64,000 nt of DNA from the human T2T-CHM13v2.0 reference genome, Homo sapiens: the NCBI RefSeq assembly GCF_009914755.1, contig NC_060927.1. One strand, 5' to 3'. Each line of letters begins with the position of its first letter. Position 1 is the stretch's first letter. Shown piece after piece: positions 45,931 to 60,600 of this stretch. Position numbers and translations under genes: made by a program. The notes below the pieces were generated by a model. The model had not been told where the DNA came from, did not search any database, and was given only the letters and a program-made list of their open reading frames with translations.

Positions 45931-46698
45931 CTCCCAAAATATTAGGGAGCCCTTTGTGTGACACCAAGTTAGACATAACTGTTACCCTTGAGGTGCTGAA
46001 GCACACAATACTTGAATGGTCATAGCAAACACATATCTAATATAGTTATTGAACTCAATTGGAAATGCTAGTGTGTGGGAAGGTTCTTGGTGCATTGAGA
46101 GAGCACCATTCAGCTAAAATTCTTAATGTGCTAAGGGTGCCCAGACACAGCGTGATGAGGAGAAGATGCTGGAGAGAAAGGCTGCATCATTATATACCAT
46201 TTGCATTTTCCTTTGATTTAAAATATTCATGGACTGAAGTAGATCTAGGACCTCAGGGCAGCAACAGTCATTAAAGTCAGTCCAGATTTCCTAATGGGCA
46301 GGCCGAGGGGGAGGCAGAACAATTGGACAGCCTGGACAGGCTAGTGAGTTGACTCTCCTTAAATGCTTATTTTACACATATTCATTCACCATTCATTTAA
46401 TAAGCACATGGAAAAAATGTTCTATTAATAAAATTGCAAACTTTTTGTTTGAATTCAATGTGAGGTATTTATTTAATTCCTTGTAGTAACACCATATTTT
46501 AATGTATTTGGAATCCTTCACTTCACAGTTTTTCTGTCACTCATAACTAGAGTTAGTCATAAAACTCACTGAAAACAAACTTCACTTACATTAGTATGTT
46601 CAATATATTTGTCTTTTCTTCTGTCCTTCATGTTGGCAAAATACTTCCCACTTTTCTCTCTTTGATGTTTACATGTTTTTCCTCAAATGACACAACCT

Positions 46699-46987
46699 TT
46701 TATTTTATTTTATTGAGACAGAGTTTTGCTTTATTGCCCAGGCTGAATTGCCTGATGGCTCACTGCAGCCTTGACCTCCTGGGCTCAAGCGATCATCCCA
46801 CCTCAGCCTCACAAGTAGCTGGGACTATAGGGGTGCACCACTGTGCCCGGCTAATTTTTTTATTTTTTGTAGAGACAGGTTTCAGTCTATGTTGCCCAGG
46901 CTGGTCTCGAACTCTGGGCTCAAGTGATCCTCCCACCTCAGCCTCCTAAAGTGTTGGGATTACAGGAATGAGCCACCATACCTGGCC
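46699..46987 (-). mobile_element. AluJ (Jo/Jr-like)
   Basis: gctcactgcagccttgacctcctgggctcaagcgatc...ctatgttgcccaggctggtctcgaac...gggattacagg; degenerate TSD tgacacaacc / tgagataact. Confidence 0.92.
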
Positions 46988-49974
46988 TGAGATAACTTAT
47001 TGAACTATGTATTAAAGGGTTTAAAGTTGAGTGGGTAGCATAAATCATTTGTTCCTAGGTCTTTATTTGGTTTCTGCTTCTGCTGACTCCAACGCTGACT
47101 TGTGCCCATCAAATGATAGGTTATAAAATTAGAGATGCAGGCCTAGGTCTCTAACATGCACAGGAGATATAGGTTCCTGCGGAAGGAAAGTAGCTCCTGT
47201 TTGTTTTTGTTGTTGTTTTTTAATAGAGTTATTCAACTGATGCTGGACCAGTCAACATCTTGCCATATCTGAAGGTGAAGCTTGTGGCAATCTGCATTAG
47301 CTGGCACTACAGTCAATCACCTTGTGGAGAAAAGTGGACATTCTGCAGCCTGGTCTCTTTCCCTGCTGACACTGCTGCAAGCACTGCTGCTCAGTGTAGA
47401 CTGGTGGTCCAGGACCATCTGATACTGTCCCGCCTAGTGTTTGTCAGGGCAGAAAAGGGAACAAAAGGTCGCTTTTCCAGTCTTAAACTATCTTAATCAT
47501 CTCATGTCACCATGCTTCTGGGTCCCACCTATTATGACATACACACAGTCATATCTTCCTAGTGCTAGGTTTCTAGTTCTGCCTGGAAAATGTGGTCACA
47601 ACCAGCCCTTTGGTTCAGATGCCCTCATCCTTAGGGAAAATTCCCTTTCACAACTTTCTGAGATGTTCTCTTGACAGTTGATCTCTGTCAGGGCCATCTT
47701 CATGTAAGACAAATGATCAACCTCATAACAGTGTATCAAAATCTTAATCCTTCTCCTTCAAAAGGATCCCTTATACTCATGCAAATATCCCCTGTTCTCT
47801 TCTCATCAAAGTTTTATTTTCACAACCAAGGAGAATGGAAAAACAGGGCCTCTGTCAGGACAACAAATGTGTAGTTATTCCCTTCCCAAGAAAGCAACAC
47901 TTGCTTTATATATCCAGAGCTAAGAGGGACCACTGAAAGGATTCCTTCAGCAGAGAAGATCTCTGCGCCACGGTGACACTAAGAAACAATTGACTAAACA
48001 ACAAAACTCTCTTAGTTGTAAGCATTGATGGATTTAGAACTGGAAATTCCCACTGGATTAAATTGTTCATTACTGCATGCTCTTTGGTGTACCTATTTTA
48101 TAAGACTATTAGAAGCTTTGTTTTTTGACTTAAGGTGTTATCTATTAATAAAGAATTTTTGATAGAATAAGAAGTGCTTGAGTTTATATATGGCCAATTG
48201 TTGCCCATCTTAAATGGATCTGAAAATCTATTATGCTAATTTGCATTTGGAGTAGTTTTTTTGTTTGCAAATTAAGTGGGTTTTAATTGAGGAGGGTAAG
48301 TGATGTCCAATGTGATTAATCTTATTAAAAGGATAAATCTTTCATGCATGAAGCCTTAATATTTCAGCCGTGAGGTTAGCAGTGTTATGTTGCAAATCCT
48401 CATTTAAATTGTTTGCCAAAGGCTTGAATTAAAAACAATTTATAATATAAAGTTAGTGTGGCCAAAAAGTGATGACAGATAACTTTTAGTGAATTTCAAA
48501 ATAATTGTTCATCCAAAAAAATGGTTTCCAAGTCAAATTTTATATGTCTATTATAGAAAATGCCTAATGATGTGCTAATTACCTCCAGTCTTTTATTACT
48601 TTAAAAAATGTTAAAATTAGTTACAGCTAGAGAAGGATCTCCAATTCCTTTGTTGCAATGAATAATGCAAAGGTTTGTTTAAATTCATGCAGTCCTATTT
48701 ATAAAAGAACACCTGGGTAACTTTATTTTGAGCTTAGAACAAAACATAAAATTGTTGAGAACAGGATATTTAAATGTACTCATTTACATTCTTAGGCAGA
48801 GCAGCAGTGGTAAAATAGCCTTGCTGAGAATATATAAATCTGGATCAGTGAAGCTGTAACAGCCAGTAGCCTTCCATGAAGGGAAAAGAGGAGAATGACA
48901 CCACCATCAAGATGCTACTCCTGATCCCTTCCCTTCGTGAAGGAAAAAGGGCCAGCTGCTGCCTCGCTGCTAGTGATGGAGAGAGACCCGCTGGCAGTGG
49001 CGACTCTACTTGCACTCCATTCTTTCTCTGCCTCTCTCATGTAGTCACTCCTGGCTTAATTGTGTCGCTTCCTGCACCTTCTTCTCCCCACCACACACAT
49101 AGCCCAGACCTCTCTCTCTTGAAATCTCCCCCTCAAAGTTTCCTCGCCACGTTTTGGAGAACAGTTCGTTTTTTGGGCCATATCAGCCTCAGAATGCCCC
49201 ATACCCTGAGCTGAGTCAAGCACAAGGGTTTGGGCAGCTGCCTGCATCCCCGAAACATAATGGCAAAAGGATGGATCACTGCAGAAAAACATCTGACACA
49301 TTTTCACACACAACTCTGTAATCTGCAAAATCTAATTTGGTTCTGCTAATTTGGTTGGCAGAAGAAGAAAGAAATGAAAAGTAGAACCTGCAATAAAAAT
49401 CCTCACCAGAACACTCCAATCTCTGTTAAATAATTTTTTTCTATGTGCACATGACAATGTATACATTTGGGGTAGATCACCAACTTGAGACCAGCTACCT
49501 GACAGCCTCTGATGTCATCCATCAAAGTCAATTAAAATTCACACACTGAATATTGCTGTTTGCCAGTAATAAGTCTTAGATAATATATATAGATAATGTA
49601 TATAATAACCATATATATATACATTTCTGCAGTTATTTTAGAGTGTGATGCCAGACACTATTCAGGCATGTGTGATGGCAAAACCATAGAAGTAAAGGGA
49701 TATCTAAATGGGTAAAAACAGTGGTAACTTCAGGGCACATAATAAATCCTTCACTGCATATATGCTAGTTCTATTGATAGAAAATAACTTCTTCGCCTAG
49801 TTAACTAAACAAATTTTGAACAAATATTGAAAAAATGTTAAGTCAAAGGAAAACCAAATTACTAGCCAGGGGAGAGTCCCAAGGCATAAATTAAAAGCCA
49901 AGTTGCAAGTCAGGATGTGGTATCTGAGCTATTCAAAAAACTACTCACCTTTGCTGGCTCCTACATGTTCCCTT

Positions 49975-50737
49975 TTTTTTATTTTTATTTTTTAAGTTAT
50001 GGATACATAATAGTCATACATATTTATGGCTTACATGTGATACTTTGATGCAAGCATACAATGTGTAATAATCAAATCTGGGTAACTGGGATTCCCAGGA
50101 GCTCAAACATTTATTATGTCTTTGTATTGGGAACATTCCACATCTTCTCTTCTAGCTATTTTGAAATATAGAATAAATTATTGTTAACTATAGTCACTCT
50201 ATTTTGCCATCAAACACTAGAATTTACTCCTTCTGACTGTATTTTTGTGCCCATTAGCCAACCTCTGTTCACCTCCACCTTCCCACCTTCCCAGCCTCTG
50301 GTAACCACCATTCTATTCCCTCCTTCCATGAGATCAACTGTTTTAGATCCTACATATGAGTGAGAGCATGAAATATTTGTCTTTCTGTGCCTGACTTGTT
50401 TCACTTAACATAACGTCCTCCAGTTATATCCATATTGCTGCAAATGACAAGATTTCATTCTCTTTGAGGCTGAATAGTATTCTATTCTGAATATATACCA
50501 TGTTTTTAAAAATCCACTGATAGACACTTAGGTCAATTCCATATCTTGGCTATCGTGAAGAGTGCTGCATTAAACATGGTAATGCAGATACTTCTTCAAT
50601 ATACTGATTTCCTTTCTTTTGAATAAATACCCAGCAGTGGGGTTGCTGGATCATATGGTAGTTCTATTTTCAGTTTTTTGAGGAACCTCCATACTGTTTT
50701 CCATAGTGGCTCTTCTAGTTTACATTCCCACCAACAG
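49975..50737 (-). mobile_element. L1MA (L1MA3-5-like) 3' end
   Basis: atacataatagtcatacatatttatgg...cccagcctctggtaaccaccattc...gctggatcatatggtagttctattttcag...tttacattcccaccaacag. Confidence 0.88.
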
Positions 50738-53700
50738 GGAAGCACTCATCCACCTACTCTCTTGGTCTTCCAGTCTGGAAGTTGCTCCCAGTCATCTGAT
50801 GACCCAGTATCCTTAGATCCTTCCCTTCCCAGCTCTCTCTTCACAATACCTGGACCAATATCCTCAAGTTCAGTCCTGAGGAAGAGCTGCTGAAAGAGCT
50901 CTTGCTTGCTTGACCACCATATGGCACCAACAGCCTTCTCCCTACCCTCATTCAAGGTTGAGTGTCAGCCCCTCTTTCCCTTCCCTATACTCCAGCAGAT
51001 GGCTGGCCTTTTCCTTACTTCTATAATTTCTTCCACTAGCAGCCCTTCTGATTCCTGGAAATATCCATCTCCTTTGCTCATTCAGGCTCCCTCTTCACCA
51101 TGGTATGTACTGAGCAGATTTGCTCTTGGATTTCACTTTGACCTTCGCTCTACCCTGTGTCCTTGGAGTGCTCCACGGAAATAAGAGTAACGAGTTGGCA
51201 GAAGATGTTAACAGACAACCCATTTCCTGCACTCTCAAACACATCCAGCCTGCACAGAATCTCCTGCTGCCCTTTCATGTGTATGCCCTGACAAGGAGGC
51301 CTTATTGTCTCTGTCCCTGTCCCCTGTAGGCACTGCCCTGCTCAGAATATTATCAGGTTCTGCTTATAAAATACACATGACCAGGAGGTTGAAATCCAAA
51401 TGCAAAGAGTCAAGAGTACCCTTCTGTGTTGCCCAGTGATGATTTTTAATGTGATAGCATCAGCCACATTTCTGCCTATAAAAATCCCCAGAAGTAAAAC
51501 TCTCTTCTGACAGTTCACTGCCATCATCCAGAGCCTCATCACAATTGAACCTATCTGTTTGTTTGTGGACATATGGCACTTGCATTCACCTCAAGAGACC
51601 CTAAAAGATTTCAAAACTTTATGATAATGGAGGTTGGATATTTTTTAATTGATAAAACCTTTATGGAATAATTTTAACTGACACTCATGAGAATCAGACA
51701 CTACTTATAATCACAGATTATCATTTAAAATACAGTGTGCAGACATACTAGGGGATAACCATATTAATTACTCACTGCAGCCATTCAAATGATTCCTAGA
51801 GATGTTTCCTGCATTCTCCAACACCTGGGATGCCTGTCTGCTTTCTCCCTGATAATGTAAGTCCATCATTCCTTGCAAGACTCAAGTCTCACCTTTTACA
51901 AGGAATCCTTTCCTTCCAGTCCCACTATCAAACACTTGCACAGAGGTTGCTTTGTAACTGTTAATTTCTTTTTAAGTTAACGCTATCTCTTTTCTCCTTT
52001 GTTTTCTTCATGAAACTTAGTAAGATAGCTTACATACAAAAGACCAAACTCTCTGCAGAATACAAGATACCGTACCTACAAAAACTGATGGGCCAGTGAC
52101 TAAATGATCAAGAAAATTAATCTATCAATTAATCAATCAATGCAAAAGTATGTAAGTCTAGAAACCTGATCCAGAAAGTCATGCCCTGAGCTTAAGTTTA
52201 CCAAACAGTATTATCCTTGCCTAAGAGCAAAGATTCAGATTTGGAGTAATGCTATATGAGTTCAAGCTCTGTTTGGCTATTTAACCAAACGTTAGATAAG
52301 TTATTTTACAGGTCTTAGAAATTGTTTGCCCCATTTTTTAAGCATAATACCAAACCAAAGAGAGAATTAATGAGCAAAAGCCTCATAAATGATGTAAATG
52401 TTAGAAATTACCACTATTATTTCAATGAAATGGGGGAAAATCAGGCCCAGGAAAAATTTGTGCAGTAAACTGGGTCAATCTGGAGATTCTGAAGTATGCA
52501 CTTAGAAACAGAACATGTCAACAAAACAGAAGTATTGTTTTTCCTTAATATTCAGCCTGTTTATATTCTCTAGCTTATTATTTTATAATTGATAGCAAAG
52601 CTATAAATGGCTTTGGGGATTGTTGCATATCTCATATGATTGTCTTGCTGTGGAGTAACAATCAAGTGGAAATGGAAAAATTTTTTGTCAAAGATTTCTT
52701 TCTGTAGGCAAGATGCCGCTTTTTTTCTAAGTATCTTTTAGCTGTTGAGTATTTTATAATCATTGACATAAATATAAAAATGGTAAACAATGTTTATTGT
52801 TTGCATACAAGTGAGTCTGAATTGGGGCCTTTTACTGCCAGTCATTCCCAATGCAATCTCAAGAATGTAATAGGCAATCAGATGGTGATTTATCTGACCC
52901 ATTACCGAGAAAGAACCAAGAAAAATCTAAACATCATTTGGTTCACTCATGTGTGCACTGCAAATGCAAAACAGTGAATTATCTGAGCTTTGTCATGATT
53001 TTCTATGCTATAAGCATATTTAGTATTCAAAAATTTGTTTTTATCTTTATCCTTAATTTTTTTTGTTCAATTGCAGGAAAAAATACAGAAACAAAGTAAA
53101 TGTAATGGAGTTTCATAAAGGAAAAAAATGTCTAAAACACAAAGCAACAGATACACCAGAAAAATAATACTCTAGGCTTTCTTGGGGTGAGGTGTGTTGT
53201 TCCAATGTCATGACCAAATTCCAGCTACAGTGCTTACTTCAGTCTACACTGCCTATAGGAAATGCCCCCTGTGGTCTGAACAGGATACCAGACTTTGTTG
53301 ATGACATCACTAGAACTGATGGGAGGGCTCTGCTAAGCAGCTGCCATGTGCTTACACTTCAAGTGAAGATGAAGCAGAGTTGTGTATTGAGTGAGCTGTA
53401 AGTCCCAAAACAAACTCTAAGTCACAAAAGGTACTTTTAATTATTTATGAGTATGACCAACAAGTATGTTATAAAATTAACTTGAAAAGACAATACAAAG
53501 TGTTACACCATATAAAAAATAAGCCACACATTAACTACATTACTAGTTAGTTTAGTAGTTGATTATGCCTGTCTTATGGAGTCACAGTCTACTGGGTAAA
53601 ATGTACATTTTCCAAATAATGGCACAGATGAGTATGCAAACTACAAACTGAGAGAAGTGGTGTAAAGGAAAAAGAGCACATGGCAAAGGAAGCTGACCAA

Positions 53701-54879
53701 GGCTGGTGGGTCAGAGGAAGTCTGAGTTGAGACTTGGGGTGACAGTAGGTGGGGTCAAGGCAAGGGGTTGGGGAAGGGGACAGGGCACAGCAGGCGTGCA
53801 ATCTCCCCGTGAGAGAAAACAGAGGGAAGCAAAGGAAGGTTGATGTAGCCAGAACACATAGGTGAAGGGGAGCAATGGACAAAGTGAGGAAGGCAGTAGG
53901 CAAAAGCACACCATCCCAACCCTGCAGGGTTGGCAGTGTTCCTAGAAGGTGTTGCCTCTGAGTTTTAATTGGAAAGGTGCTTTAATACATTATTTTGGGT
54001 TTTTTTCTCACAGCAACCAATGAGGCTTTTTTCCATTCTAGGTATTAAGGGAAGCTTTTCAAATTCATAACTAATATGTGGCAGAGAAATAACTCATAAC
54101 TTAGATGGACTGACTCCTTCACAAGCCATCTCACTGCTCTGTCTGCCCCCCCACATCTCTGTTCTCTGTTCTTTAATACAGAGGCAGTGAGTGGATTGAT
54201 TTGGTCATAGTTCCAAGGAAACATCCAAGACTCTTCCTTCAGGTCAGCAATGGATTCTTAACCCTGCAGTTCTAATCACGTGGTTTTCAGTAAGCATAGT
54301 CAAGGCCAATTAAAATGTATCCCTAATTCTGGGGTTTTATAGCTAAAAGAGAAGAAAGCAGGGAACTTTTAATTTTTAGGATCTAAGTCAAGAATTGGCC
54401 AGAGAAGGTACACTGGAATACTTTTTTAAACAAAACTTTGTGATTAGCAATAGTGCTAAGCCTGGACTTGGAAAGTCCAACCACAGCTTCATGTGAAGAA
54501 GCTAACCCTGCCTCCTTGTTATTGCAAATGGTTTGGTCATCTTCATTCTTTGCAGATCACAGTCAATTGCAAGTTCCATGGGGGTAAAAGACAACTGGAC
54601 AACAATCTAAAATATTGTTTTTAATAATGTACATTCTGTTTATTTCATTTACTCTATCCTTTTAATACTTGACCTTTTCTAGACATCTCTGGATTACAGT
54701 AGAATTCAAGCAAGGGTCAGCCTCTTGCCAAGATAAAATTCTCTACTTCTACTTTTTACCCTTTTCCAAATGAAAGAGCTATATTTATTCATACCAATAG
54801 ATGAACTAGGCAAATGTTTATGGTGTTGATATTGAAGTAGACTGGGTGAAGGCTGGGGTGGATGAGTGGCTTTCGTAAG

Positions 54880-55300
54880 ACAATATTGATTGCTATCGCA
54901 GATAAAACCTGAAATCTCAATAAAATAGAGTTTTGACTCAATAGAAGTTAACTTCTTGCTCTCAAAATCCTGGTAGTGGCAGGAGGTGGAGCTGATGATT
55001 CCATGCATCATTCAGAGACCCAGGATGATGGAGCCTCTGCCATCTTCAGTATGTGCTTCTCAAGTTGCCTTGGGTGTTAACATCCAACAAGCAGGTGGGG
55101 AAAGAGAGAAAACAGAAGGATGTGTGGGTCCTGTGGCCAGGCCCCAGAGTGGTGTATATGACTTCCTGACACGTTCCACTGACCAGAATTCAGAAACAGT
55201 CACACCTAACTGTGGTCACGTGGTTTCACTGTAAGCCACAAAGGAGAGGGAAACAGATTGGGAATGAAGTAGTCAGTTTCTGTATAAGACGGATTTAGGA
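54880..55300 (-). mobile_element. MLT1-type MaLR LTR fragment
   Basis: aacctgaaatctcaa...cattcagagacccaggatgatggag...tccactgaccagaatt...gtcacacctaactg. Confidence 0.55.
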
Positions 55301-56246
55301 GAATTCTGCTTTCTTTTCTAAACCTTGTATTCAGTGGATAATTTGGGATATGAAGAAAATGTAATCCACAGTTTGACATTACATCCAAGTTTATGTATCT
55401 ATGAAGGCTTCTCTATTTATCCACTCCCCAACCCAAAATCTGACAAACATTTCGCAGTTCTCCCAATTCTCCCTTTCGTAAGAAGTTTAGTAACAACACA
55501 TCCTTTCAGATACAAGCAGAAGAAAAGGCAATTTCTGTCTGCTGTTCTGAGTCCCTGTTCCCTCAACTGTGAAATGAGTACAATATTTAATTTAACACGT
55601 TGAGCACCCTTGATGTACCAGGATTCATAGCTGAAACAGGCACCCTATTGAGAGTCAGATAATGACAGCATAGTATTATGACTGAGGTAAACAAAATTGC
55701 ATAATATTTTTGCAAACACCCATGACAGTGTTTAGCATACATTATGATATCCAATGACTCTTGGTGATTTCTCCTCTTTCATCTCTCATTTTCTCCACTC
55801 ATTCACCAGCCCATCATTCTTCTACAGGTATATGGAGGGTTTTGTTACTATTCAAAAGATCTCTCAGGTCACTATCCTAATCCTGGAAACTGGGTCAGCT
55901 TGACTCCTGCCTGTGAACTCAGCCTAGCAGCAATTCTGGCCCAAAGTGACCCTGAGCATCAGCCTTGAGGGCTGGTCCTCAGGTCCTGCTTCCTCCTGGT
56001 TCTGCTCAAATGTGCCTCTCTGGTCCCCAGCCATTTACCTTCTGTCTTGTACCTTGCTTCTCCCTGCTTAGTTCCTGCCTTGTATTACCAACACCAGGAC
56101 TCCTCTAAGTTAGCTTTGGCCTTCTCAGGGACCTGTGGGTAATAGAGTAAAGACATAGACTAGTTGGATTGTAGACTCTTAGGAAAATTTATTGACCTCA
56201 TCATAACCACTGTCATTACAGAAGTAGTTAATTACAATGTTTAGAA

Positions 56247-56463
56247 GAAGGGTCAGCAAACATTGTCTACCAAAGGCCACATAGTAAACATTTTAGGCTT
56301 TGCAGGTCACATCCAGTTGCTTTCTCATATTATTTGTGTGTGTGTCTGTGTGTGTGTATTCTCCAACTGTTTATAAATGTAAAATCCATTCTTAGCTCAT
56401 GGGCTATAGAAAAACAGATGACAGGCTGCATGTGACCTGTGAGCCATGCTTTGCAGACTCCCG
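56247..56463. mobile_element. MER58 (MER58C-like) hAT MITE
   Basis: Termini gaagggtcagcaaac ... tttgcagactcccg; aaatgtaaaatccattcttagctcatgggc internal motif. Confidence 0.8.
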
Positions 56464-56471
56464 GTCTAGAG

Positions 56472-56686
56472 CTGGCTATGCAGCATGGTAGCTATTAGCC
56501 ACATGTGACTATTTAAATTTAAAATTAAATCATTTAAAGTTATATAAAATTTGATTCCTCAGTTGTGCTAGCTCAATAGCCATATTTCAATTGCTCAATA
56601 GTCACATGGAGCTATTGGCTACTATGTTGAACAGCAAAGACATGGAACATTTCCAACATCACAGAAAATTCAATTATACAACACAG
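56472..56686 (-). mobile_element. MER3 hAT MITE
   Basis: tagccacatgtgactatttaaattt...ctcaatagtcacatggagctattggctac...gaacatttccaacatcacagaaa; flanked by gtctagag and ttctagag. Confidence 0.85.
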
Positions 56687-57249
56687 TTCTAGAGCCTGGC
56701 TCAAACTAGCAAGTTTTTCACAGAGTTTTCTTTAGATTAATTCCCTGTTCACACTGCAATCCCCTCCCCCATATCTATTCCATTTTCCTCCGAGTTAAAT
56801 CACCTCCCATCACTATAACAATCCATGCCATGTCCCTATATGTAGTGGGGACTGTGATCAAGAGAAATGAATTAGTGAGCTTGCAAACTTGACTTTCATC
56901 CCAAGTTATTTGTTTCCTAATGGAAATTAGCCAGTCAGCTTTTGAAAGTCTTCTTCTAGGGCAGAGTCTTACATTTCTTGGTCCTATTTATGTTCTTACC
57001 AACTTCTAAATCAATGGGTAAGGGAAAAACCAAGATACCCTCTGTCTCCCACAGCAAATAGAAGAATGTGAGGAACCCCAGCTCTGACTATCTACCAACA
57101 TCCTAATCCACCCAACCCCAAAAGAGACTGTGAAAGTTCTAAGGAGAAGGGAAAGCAGAATGTTAGAGAAGACTCCATCCCTCTAGAGGTATCACCTAAG
57201 GAGCAAGGGGAGAAGGGAAAGAAGACAAAATAGGAAGGTCAGTTCAGGG

Positions 57250-57608
57250 TGAGCTGGTGCCAGCCCCTACTGGCTCATGAGAACTAATTGTTACATTTTC
57301 AGGAATCCTTTAAATTATATAAATACACAGCTAAGTAAATTATATCAAAAACAAAGGTGATAAATGCATAAAACTCATCTCTTCCTAATTATTTCACTAC
57401 ATTTTACTATCATCTAGCTCTTGAGGTTATTTATGCCTATGGTACATGTGTGGTAGAAATATTATATTGCGGTTTATTGCTACACATCTCCTCCCAACTC
57501 CATGTTTAATAATGTCATGTTGGTAGTTTAAAACTGGCCATGGTGGTTTGTTTTGTTTTGCTTTTACCCAGACAGCCAGTTGTTAAACATTTACCAGAAT
57601 ACCACTGC
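57250..57608. mobile_element. MER63-like (hAT-Blackjack) element
   Basis: ctggctcatgagaactaattgttacattttcagg...aaaaacaaaggtgataaat...gccagttgttaaacatttaccagaataccactg. Confidence 0.7.
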
Positions 57609-60600
57609 TCCTGTACAAGCCAGAAAAAAAGAAATGCAGGATATTAGGCAGCTATAAACCCTCATCACAGAAGGGCAAGAGAAAGGAATTCAGACCAAGG
57701 AGGGATGAAATTTCTGCTGACTCTGGACCTCTGCTTCTGAAGCTGAGTGCTGATTGCAGTTCACCCCAGTTCTGAAGGAACATCACCCCAAGTAGAATTG
57801 CCCCAACACCTTGAACCATCCTGGCTCTGTGGGTTTTCTACCAGATACCTGTTGCCAGGCTTCTTGAATACCAAACACCTGTCTCAGGGCCTCTGAGGAT
57901 TACTCGCCCTCTCGACTTCCCTTGATTTCCTGTCCCATCATTGGTTTGATATCATGGATGATGAACCTGTTTCAATCACAGCTAACAATGTTTGTCTCCC
58001 TCCAGTCTTCCCTCTCCTGGATTAATCTCCTTCCAGAGTTTCTTTCTTATTATAAATTTTTGCTATTCCTATACTAATCATCACCTTGCTATGCTGTACC
58101 CCACCTTGCCTGAGAGATCGGTCCTCTGACCCTAAACTTTCTGGTCTGAATAACCCTGCTGATGCCCTTTTTTAATCTACTACATGAGTACAGCTACCCA
58201 ACCATAGAGCCATAAACATGGCTTCCATGGAAGGGAAGGGCGAGCACAAGATTAACTTTTATGGCTACATTTACATTTGTTAAAAAGTATTTTTATAAAA
58301 AATAGAATGGCATTTTCAAGGGGCTTGGAAGAAATTAACAGTTAGAAGTTTTAAACAACCTAATCTAAATATACTTATAAACAGTAGAAAAAAATATACA
58401 TAGTGTATTAAAGGCAAGTCACAGAAGATCAAATTAAAATGATACATAGTACAGAAGCCAATAGGCACAAACTCATTTAACTCTTGACACAAATTAGTTA
58501 AACATCATCATTTTTTGTGGCCTGATCTGTACACTGTGGTGGATCAAAGGAGATTAGCCATGTTGCCAGAGTGAGGAAAGAAACCACGAAAGCAGAGCAC
58601 ATCACTTACGTGTAATTATAATGATTACAATGGGAGCCCTTGGACTTAAGAAAAAACATGTAGTGCAAGGAGTTGCTATTTTAAAGAAAGTAATCTAAGC
58701 ATTACCAAAATTGCTAAGAAAAGTGGGGGAGAAGTTTTAGGATACAGCCACAAATAACTCAAGTAGTAAAAAAACAACTGCCATAATAATTTGATGGTGA
58801 GAAAGCAATATTTGACTAAAAATTATATGGTTTTTGTCCACTTGTGACTTGAGGAATTGACTTTTATTCCCCTTGTTATTTTCCTTACTTATTAAGTGTT
58901 TTAAAAATATTCATTAGCTAAATGAAAAGATATTTTAATGCTCCCTTTCAAATCCTTTGTGTAGAACTGGGACTTGGGAACTTTAAGGGATATGATTTTT
59001 CTTTTCCTAAACACTTACCATCTCCTCTTGTGTGACAGTAGCAATAATTTACTGTGCATAATACCTTGCATTAGCCAAGAAGCTACAGAAATATTTCATA
59101 GCTTCAACCTTGACATAGTGAAAGCACAACCATAAAAAGATAAAAGGAGCATGACAGTAGCCTGAGGTAGTTAAGTTTTAGGAAGCATTGGTTTTGTTTG
59201 CCTGTACCTGCGAAGCCACTGTCTTTAAAGGTTGGGTTTGGTCATCACACTGAAAGCAAACATTTTATATAACTGCCCACAGTTTCATTCATTGACCAGA
59301 TTATTAAGTAAAAAGTCAACATTATGTTTGCTTTTCTTGGGTTCTCTTTGTCTAACTTGGAATGGCTTATTGGATGCTTCATATTATATTTGTCTTTCTT
59401 TTAAAATAATCCTTTCATATATGCTATCTATGCCTCTATAAGAACATGCTATATCCAAACAAAGTAATCTTACAGATAAGAGCCTCTGCCTGCCTTCCCC
59501 CTCTCATCCATGGATGGTTATATAAGTGGATGTACCCTCCCTCCAAACAGTATCTATCCCTACAAATGGCTAATAGTAAGAATAGCCTTGGGTTCAGGCT
59601 TTAGGATAAAAATCTTTATCTTATAATGCAATATGAACCCATAAAGATGGCATATTAGAGAACGCAGTGCCCATTGAAAGTTAAAATTTATGTGAGTCTG
59701 TCTACACTCTAAAGAGATCTTTTTTTGTAACTTTTTGGTAGTCAATAATATGGATCAATTTTCAAAGAACTTAGGGTTATAATTTTTTATTTATAACAAT
59801 CTTTGATTCAAATGGGATTTAGATTCACACAAAGATGCATGCAAGAGAGCATAAATATTGGAACAAAAGTAAATCTGAAAAACAAGGAAAAAAGAAGAGA
59901 AAACAATATGTATGTCATAATTAATTTAGTATATCAAAGTTTAATAACCTCGAATGGACTTGAGATGGAGTTAAGGAATAGGTGGGGAGTGAGGCAAGGG
60001 ATGAGCAAGGAACCGCTGGATGTTAGTGCAAAATGCTGTGGGTATGCTTGACCCACATATTTCTGTCCCTTCCCCCTTCATGAATCTTCACCACAATGGC
60101 AGATCCTTGAGGCTAGATATACAGTCCTCGTGTATCTGTGGAATATCTATACTATGTCCTGGACCACGTGAGCATGACTCAGTAATGATCTCACAATAGG
60201 ACGTCACTCTCCATTTTGACGGTATCTACTGTATCTACCTCCTTTGTACATTATTTTCTCCTCTGAGTGCTTTCCCCCCATTTTAAGCTAATAAAACAAA
60301 CATGCACACTATTACAGCACTTATACTGCACCAGATAGGAAAACAAATATGTATCTATTTTGGCTAAAAATCTTACATTGAGAACTATGGACACTAAAGA
60401 AATAAAGAGATGATTCCTCTTTAGGAAATATAGTCATTTCATGTTATTTTAGAGACATGAGAATTTCTTTAAAGTTAGGAAAGACATGTTGTTCTCTGCT
60501 CTCCCTCCCTGAAGTTCAAAAGTCTAATTTTTTTATAGATACAGGTATAATCTTTCTTGTCCCTGCTTTTCCTTTTCTCCCATTACCTCTCCCTTACTCC

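Noticed and set aside
57620-58250. Possible old LTR (ERVL-type) remnant
   Set aside because: Composition is suggestive, but I could not identify termini or a diagnostic motif.
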